From Nitrososphaerota archaeon (lineage in GTDB: Archaea > Thermoproteota > Nitrososphaeria > Nitrososphaerales > UBA57), in NCBI GenBank assembly GCA_013378385.1, contig JACAFS010000019.1:1-17926 (forward strand): a stretch of 17,926 nucleotides of DNA, read 5' to 3'. The number at the start of each line of letters is the position of its first letter. Within the stretch, counting starts at the first letter, position 1. The notes under the pieces are model-generated. The model was not told the DNA's origin and ran no database searches. It was given only the letters and a program-made list of their open reading frames with translations. The position numbers were made by a program, and so were the translations under genes. This document shows, piece by piece, positions 13,482 through 17,926 of this stretch.

Positions 13482-14249
13482 TTAATTCATGTTCAAGAGA
13501 TTGAGTAAATGAGAGAAATTTAAATAATTTTTATTTAATTTATACTGACGGAGTAAAAGAATCACATCGTCAATATCAATATCAAACAGAGTTTGAAGTG
13601 TTTTGGAGTGAGGGCCACCAATAAATAGATATTGAACAGAGGAGGTAAGATTAGATGTTTTTCGATTAGTGCTAGAAGAGTCAAAATCAATAATATTAAC
13701 ACGTTGATTAATTATCACGTGTTTACGTAAATCGCTCAATTCACCATGATCAACTCCATAGAGATCGAGTTTATAACATTGATTCAATAATGATTTAATC
13801 ATACAACGGATTATTTCAGTATTGATAGAAGGCATAAGATAAAAATCAGACAATACTTTACCATTAATTAATTCCATCATAATAAAATTATCAGAGTAAT
13901 TAATTATTTTAGGCCCAACGCCAAATGAATTTACATATGATTGAATTTTTACTTCATTTAATAAATTAATTCTAGGGGAATCTAATCTTCTAATTTTTAA
14001 TGCGCAATAAAAATTTTTAGAATGAGCTTTTATCACTATTCCTCTAGTGCCCTTGCCAAGAATTGCATTACCGTTTAATAGTGTAGGGCCAGCCAATTCA
14101 AGACGTTGTATGCCAAGTTGCTTTAATTCGTGCAATCGCAATTTGAATAAATTATTATCATATTTAGGATAACAAAGAAGATATTGTAAAATTTCATTAT
14201 TTGTACGTTTATTGATATCAAGATAAGTATGATTCAGTTCCAATAACAT
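13482..14249 (-). CDS. RIO/Bud32-like small Ser/Thr protein kinase (COG2112-type, function unknown)
   Basis: Gly-rich loop LGKGTRGIVIKA, invariant-Lys context ALKIRR, hinge MELING, catalytic loop DHGELSDLRKHVII, and metal-binding IIDFDSS. Two candidate ATGs (14249 or 14264) both lie inside the 3' end of cca, giving a 32- or 47-nt overlap. Confidence 0.7.
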   Translation of the reverse strand: MLLELNHTYLDINKRTNNEILQYLLCYPKYDNNLFKLRLHELKQLGIQRLELAGPTLLNGNAILGKGTRGIVIKAHSKNFYCALKIRRLDSPRINLLNEVKIQSYVNSFGVGPKIINYSDNFIMMELINGKVLSDFYLMPSINTEIIRCMIKSLLNQCYKLDLYGVDHGELSDLRKHVIINQRVNIIDFDSSSTNRKTSNLTSSVQYLFIGGPHSKTLQTLFDIDIDDVILLLRQYKLNKNYLNFSHLLNLLNMN

Positions 14250-15615
14250 CACCCAAAGAGTCATATAGCCAAGATTTATTTGTTGAAAAAGAGATTACAG
14301 ATCGGCCAGTATAAATCTTAGAGGTTTTATCAAACGAATCCTTAATTCCAGGAGCTATACCAAGTACATTATTAGAATTAATAGAAGAAGTAATTAGATC
14401 TTTAATTCGTGGATATTGTCTAGGTTGCAATGAATTAAGTTTGCCATCTGAATTGATCCAGAAAGATAAAGATTGTCGTTTATTCTTTTGAATAAAGGCA
14501 ATTGATTCATTTTTCATATGAGAAGAAGGGCCAATATGAAGGCGAGTATTTGAGATAGATAGATTTTCAAGTAGAAAGATAAAGGCACTTTGGTCTATAT
14601 CATTACTGGAAATAGTAGAACGAATGACATTGAAGTTATTTTTTGAGAGGTAGTTAGAAGTATGGTTAAAGGATCTACGTAATTGTCCCCACAAGGTATC
14701 TATAGTTTTTTTATCGTGTTTAAAATAAACTAGTATTAGATTATCTGAAAGGGATTCATTAAATTTGGTTTTACTTGAAATAAAGAATTTATTAGATGGG
14801 TTATTCAAAAATTTGGTAGAGAGATAAATAAATTTGTTAAGATTTTGAGAGGAGATAGCAGTTCCAAGATTTCTTTTAGGGTCTACTGGATCAAGCATTA
14901 TCAGTGGAGAGTCATGTAATTTAGTGAATTTAGAATGAGATTCATCAAAATAAATACTAGTTTCCGGACTAAAATCGCCCATGTGTTTTAGTACATTGTT
15001 AAAATTTTTGTACTTTAGAATAAGCAATTCACATACATAGCCACTAAATCCTTGGATTTTAATTTCAGCGCCATAGATTTTATTCGAAATCAGGAATTGT
15101 TTCAATATTCTAACTTCATCCTTCATTTTAGGAGTGAATTTATCGAGAATATAATCAGTATGATGTGGAGACCTATCTGCTGCACTTTTCCAGTCTTTTG
15201 GATTTACATCAAAACATGAAACAATATTAATTTTTATTATTTTACCTAGAAATTTAGTTTCAGCTTCAATATATGGATGTTCAGAATAACGCAATGACCA
15301 AGAATATCCTTTTAATGAATTGAGGGTATTTTTTCCTATTTCAAGTGAATGTTCCAAATCAGTCCTATTTGAATCTGCGTCAAGTTTGATAAAAATATCT
15401 ATGTCAGCAGTGTCTTTCAACCAAGTTCCTTTGGCTACTGAACCTCCCAATACAATATCAGATATTGGAAAAATAGGTGATTTTTGTTGATCTTGATAAT
15501 TATTACACCAAAGTTTGTCTATGAGATTATTTGCAAATTTAGATAATTGTTTAGTATATGATGGTTCTGGTTTATGCTTTTTTAACACTAATTTTTTGAT
15601 CGAGTTAATGTCCAA
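14218..15615 (-). CDS. cca: CCA-adding enzyme (archaeal class I tRNA nucleotidyltransferase)
   Basis: 465 aa with GGSVAKGTWLKDTADIDIFIKL (the nucleotidyltransferase G[SG] and DxD motifs), RYSEHPYIE and RSPHHTDY. Confidence 0.9.
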   Translation of the reverse strand: MDINSIKKLVLKKHKPEPSYTKQLSKFANNLIDKLWCNNYQDQQKSPIFPISDIVLGGSVAKGTWLKDTADIDIFIKLDADSNRTDLEHSLEIGKNTLNSLKGYSWSLRYSEHPYIEAETKFLGKIIKINIVSCFDVNPKDWKSAADRSPHHTDYILDKFTPKMKDEVRILKQFLISNKIYGAEIKIQGFSGYVCELLILKYKNFNNVLKHMGDFSPETSIYFDESHSKFTKLHDSPLIMLDPVDPKRNLGTAISSQNLNKFIYLSTKFLNNPSNKFFISSKTKFNESLSDNLILVYFKHDKKTIDTLWGQLRRSFNHTSNYLSKNNFNVIRSTISSNDIDQSAFIFLLENLSISNTRLHIGPSSHMKNESIAFIQKNKRQSLSFWINSDGKLNSLQPRQYPRIKDLITSSINSNNVLGIAPGIKDSFDKTSKIYTGRSVISFSTNKSWLYDSLGDVIGTESYLS

Positions 15616-15664
15616 TTAATCACTCAAACATATTAACAAAAACTACTTATTAATTGTGTTCGTT

Positions 15665-16216
15665 ATGGTAAAAAGAAAGAAGTTGATTTGTGTTACTGGT
15701 TTACCAGGTGCAGGAAAGTCATTATTTTGTGAAATAGGAAAAAGATTAGGATATGAATTAATTATAATGGGAAATCAAGTTAGAAAAGAAGCAGAAAATA
15801 GGGGAGTAGACAATGATTCAGAATCATTATCTAGATTAATGCTAGAATTGAGAAAAGAAAGAGGGAACAATGCAGTTGCAAACATGTGTATAGATAAGAT
15901 AAACGAGATAACTAATGAAAATATAATAATTGATGGAATTAGAAATATTGAGGAAATTGAATTATTTACGGAGATAGGAGATGTCAAAATAGTATTAATC
16001 AGTAATACTTCTGAACAAAGAATGAAATTTTTACTAGAAAGAAAACGGAGTGATGCGCCAATCGACATAGAAGAGTTTAATCAACGAGATAGCAAAGAAT
16101 TAGAGATAGGACTAGGTCAAGTTATGGAAAGGGCAGACATAATTATCGAGAACGTCGAATTGACAAAAGAGGAATATGCGAAAAAGACCGAGTCAATTCT
16201 GCATAATTTGATGTGA
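15665..16216 (+). CDS. UPF0200-family P-loop nucleotide/nucleoside kinase-like protein (CoaE/dNMP-kinase-like, substrate unknown)
   Basis: ICVTGLPGAGKS Walker A, MGNQVRKEAENRG, IIDGIRNIEEIELF, RKRSDAP and DSKELEIGLGQVMERADIIIEN match the archaeal UPF0200 pattern as I remember it. I prefer ATG 15665 over the GTG 15656 in the ORF track. Confidence 0.72.
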   Translation: MVKRKKLICVTGLPGAGKSLFCEIGKRLGYELIIMGNQVRKEAENRGVDNDSESLSRLMLELRKERGNNAVANMCIDKINEITNENIIIDGIRNIEEIELFTEIGDVKIVLISNTSEQRMKFLLERKRSDAPIDIEEFNQRDSKELEIGLGQVMERADIIIENVELTKEEYAKKTESILHNLM

Positions 16217-16221
16217 ACAAG

Positions 16222-16623
16222 ATGGAAGAATTACAAGATAACATCAAGATAACGATAAAAACAGAATTGAATAAGACAGAAAATAAAAACGATTTAATAA
16301 ATGCAATGACAAACATCGTCGACATAGATTATGATGTGAAAAATAAGGAGATAATTGGAAAGTCCACCAATTATAAGAAATTAATAAATTTACATGATAG
16401 ATTGAGAAATAAACAAACAACGCATATTGCTAGAAAGGTGCTAATGAGGAATTCAGATGAAGATATGACCTATATTTTATTCAATAAACAAGCTGCAGCA
16501 ATAGATTCAATCGTAATCTGTGAGAACTACAAAGAGTCACCTCTAGGGCCAATATTCATGAAGATTAAGGCAGGAAATATTTTAGAGTTTATTGACTGGT
16601 TTGTTCCAAGACATAAGACTTAG
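16222..16623 (+). CDS. UPF0201 / COG1931-type predicted RNA-binding protein
   Basis: The motifs LFNKQAAAIDSIV, ESPLGPIFMKIK and FIDWFVP are typical of the UPF0201 family (LnKQAA..G, sPLGpI, idWlaP). An alternative GTG start at 16213 overlaps the upstream stop (GTGA). Confidence 0.68.
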   Translation: MEELQDNIKITIKTELNKTENKNDLINAMTNIVDIDYDVKNKEIIGKSTNYKKLINLHDRLRNKQTTHIARKVLMRNSDEDMTYILFNKQAAAIDSIVICENYKESPLGPIFMKIKAGNILEFIDWFVPRHKT

Positions 16624-17551
16624 TCAATCGCTTTTCATCGCGGTAAGGAACAGTAAAAGTCATAGAATCTCGACCTGCAATAGTGTTACGATGGACTTTA
16701 CATGCCTGTTTTTCAAGTAATTTAACATCATTATACCGTGAACTAAAATGAGTAAGAATAAGTATAGTTGAAGAAGATTCTTTAGCAACATTTGCAGCTT
16801 CGGTAGAAGTGCTATGAAATCTTTCAATGGCTAGATCCTGTTGATCATTTGAGAAAGTAGATTCATGGATTAATATATCGCATGATGAAAAAAAACGAGT
16901 TAACGATTTGGAAGGTCTTGTATCACCGGAAATACCAATCTTTCTACCAGGTCGAGACTTTCCCATAACGTCAGTAGGTCGGATAGATTTACCATTATAA
17001 CGAATAGAACGTCCACTCTGAAGTTTAGACCAGAGTGAACCTTCTGGAATTCCAAGTTTTTTTGCTTTAGAAACATAAAATTTTCCCGGGCGATCGGATT
17101 CAACAAGAACATATGAGTAATTTAAGATAGAATGATTAGCTTTCTTTGCATAGATTTTATAATCTTGAGTTTTAACAATTAATCCAGGGTTAATTTCTTT
17201 AATAATTAATTTGAAGTTTAATTTGATATTGAAGATATTCATATTAGATTTGAGAAAACGTGAGATTCCAGATGGGCCATAAACAAACAAAGGTTTATCA
17301 CGCAACAATAACGACATAGTTTGAATTAATCCCAATAAACCTAAGATATGGTCTCCGTGCATGTGAGAGATGAAAATATTAGTAGGGCGATTCATGCCAA
17401 CTTTATTTTTCATCATAGATTGCTGAATTGATTCGCCTGTATCAAAGATGAAGAGTTCATTATCTCGGATTATGACATTAGAAATTAAATTTCTTTGACT
17501 TGTAGGAATAGCGCCAGAGGTGCCAAGTAGAGTTATTTTTAGATCCGTCAT
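16589..17551 (-). CDS. rnz: Ribonuclease Z (tRNA 3' endonuclease, metallo-beta-lactamase fold)
   Basis: LKITLLGTSGAIPTSQRN, the SHMHGDH (HxHxDH) motif, GISGDTRP and LTHFSSRY. I place the start at MTDLKITLLG (rc 17549-17551). The 13-codon extension in the ORF track is probably not translated. Confidence 0.9.
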   Translation of the reverse strand: MTDLKITLLGTSGAIPTSQRNLISNVIIRDNELFIFDTGESIQQSMMKNKVGMNRPTNIFISHMHGDHILGLLGLIQTMSLLLRDKPLFVYGPSGISRFLKSNMNIFNIKLNFKLIIKEINPGLIVKTQDYKIYAKKANHSILNYSYVLVESDRPGKFYVSKAKKLGIPEGSLWSKLQSGRSIRYNGKSIRPTDVMGKSRPGRKIGISGDTRPSKSLTRFFSSCDILIHESTFSNDQQDLAIERFHSTSTEAANVAKESSSTILILTHFSSRYNDVKLLEKQACKVHRNTIAGRDSMTFTVPYRDEKRLTKSYVLEQTSQ

Positions 17552-17590
17552 TCTAATTATTCTATATAAATTAGAATAAATAATAAACAT

Positions 17591-17926
17591 TCAGAGTTTA
17601 CGAATTACTCTAATCACTCGGGTAAGATTACTATGGATATAGATCTCATGTTTATCAATAAGACGATAGTCAGAAAAGTCATATTCAGGCCAGTCTTTAG
17701 GCGACATAAAAACAATATATGAGCCTGAATTCAGTAATCTAGATGTAATATCAAAGAAATTATCCATAAATTTCACATTATCAGAGAATTTTTTGATGGT
17801 ACTTCTGCCATAAGGAAAATCAGTAACAATCCCATCAATAGATGAAAGAGGAATATTTAATGAATCTGCATGAATAATATTAGAATTTTCTAGATTAAAA
17901 TGTGTAAGATTTCGCTGTGCTCCAAA
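17591..17926 (-). CDS. Class I SAM-dependent RNA methyltransferase, C-terminal 111 codons (Trm11/TrmG10-like, UPF0020 type); the N-terminus runs off the right edge
   Basis: My translation of the minus strand is open to the window edge: FGAQRNLTHFNLENSNIIHADSLNIPLSSIDGIVTDFPYGRSTIKKF...EIYIHSNLTRVIRVIRKL*. DFPYG is the (D/N)PPY-type motif IV, and the H.sLtR C-terminus is typical of archaeal tRNA m2G10 methyltransferases. The 61-aa ORF in the track is only its last part. Confidence 0.7.
   Translation of the reverse strand, partial: FGAQRNLTHFNLENSNIIHADSLNIPLSSIDGIVTDFPYGRSTIKKFSDNVKFMDNFFDITSRLLNSGSYIVFMSPKDWPEYDFSDYRLIDKHEIYIHSNLTRVIRVIRKL

Noticed and set aside
15775-17112. ORFs 15775-16068(-), 16143-16325(-) and 16900-17112(-)
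   Set aside because: They are antisense or out-of-frame shadows of the UPF0200, UPF0201 and rnz genes.
17552-17590. 13-codon N-terminal extension of the rnz ORF (MFIIYSNLYRIIR)
   Set aside because: RNase Z proteins begin directly with the beta-strand (M..LKITLLGTSG). The extension would abut the stop of the upstream methyltransferase gene and is more likely intergenic.
17591-17776. 61-aa ORF listed as an independent gene
   Set aside because: The frame stays open upstream to the window edge and contains the DFPYG methyltransferase motif. The listed ORF is only the C-terminal part of a larger truncated gene, and its apparent start is an internal GTG (Val).
1-17926. Searched for CRISPR repeats, IS/transposase or integrase genes, long direct or inverted repeats, toxin-antitoxin pairs and defence-type domains
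   Set aside because: None were found. Every ORF longer than 60 aa that is not a shadow ORF has a housekeeping assignment. The only GC-rich islands are tRNA exons, and the only repeated sequence noticed is the shared tRNA-Lys intron.

Overview
This is an AT-rich archaeal chromosomal segment that is almost entirely coding. I support 25 protein genes (2 truncated by the window edges, 1 a low-confidence mini-ORF) and 4 tRNA genes. The content is core information processing. Left to right: mcm (partial) and a GINS subunit, divergent from rfcS. Then diphthine synthase, followed by two flavin-cofactor enzymes (RibL, CTP-dependent riboflavin kinase), each fused to a winged-helix domain. Then an Hjc-like nuclease and a nitrilase-family hydrolase. 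Then the classical archaeal exosome superoperon (sdo1-rrp4-rrp41-rrp42-rpl37ae-pcc1, then pfdB) and an ECF transporter energizing module (ecfA-ecfA'-ecfT). Last comes a tRNA-maturation neighbourhood: cca, a RIO/Bud32-like kinase, a UPF0200 kinase with a UPF0201 RNA-binding protein, rnz, and a Trm11-like methyltransferase (partial). I see no CRISPR array, mobile element, toxin-antitoxin pair or recognisable defence island, and I cannot honestly point to a convincing new multi-gene system. The most unusual directly visible signal is that all four tRNA genes are interrupted by 2-3 short introns, 10 in total and 9 at non-canonical positions. The insertion sites recur (15/16, 22/23, 59/60), and two tRNA-Lys isoacceptors share an evidently homologous 13-nt intron. 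Secondary points are a DphB-DUF357 fusion overlapping wHTH-RibL, an in-frame zinc-ribbon mini-ORF directly after the rfcS stop codon, an Hjc-like protein without a canonical E-x-K motif, and conserved-unknown genes embedded among tRNA-processing enzymes. Low GC, a gins-mcm operon and multi-intron tRNAs suggest a TACK-type, possibly thaumarchaeal, lineage, but that is inference only. All calls come from reading and translating the sequence by eye; no database search was run.
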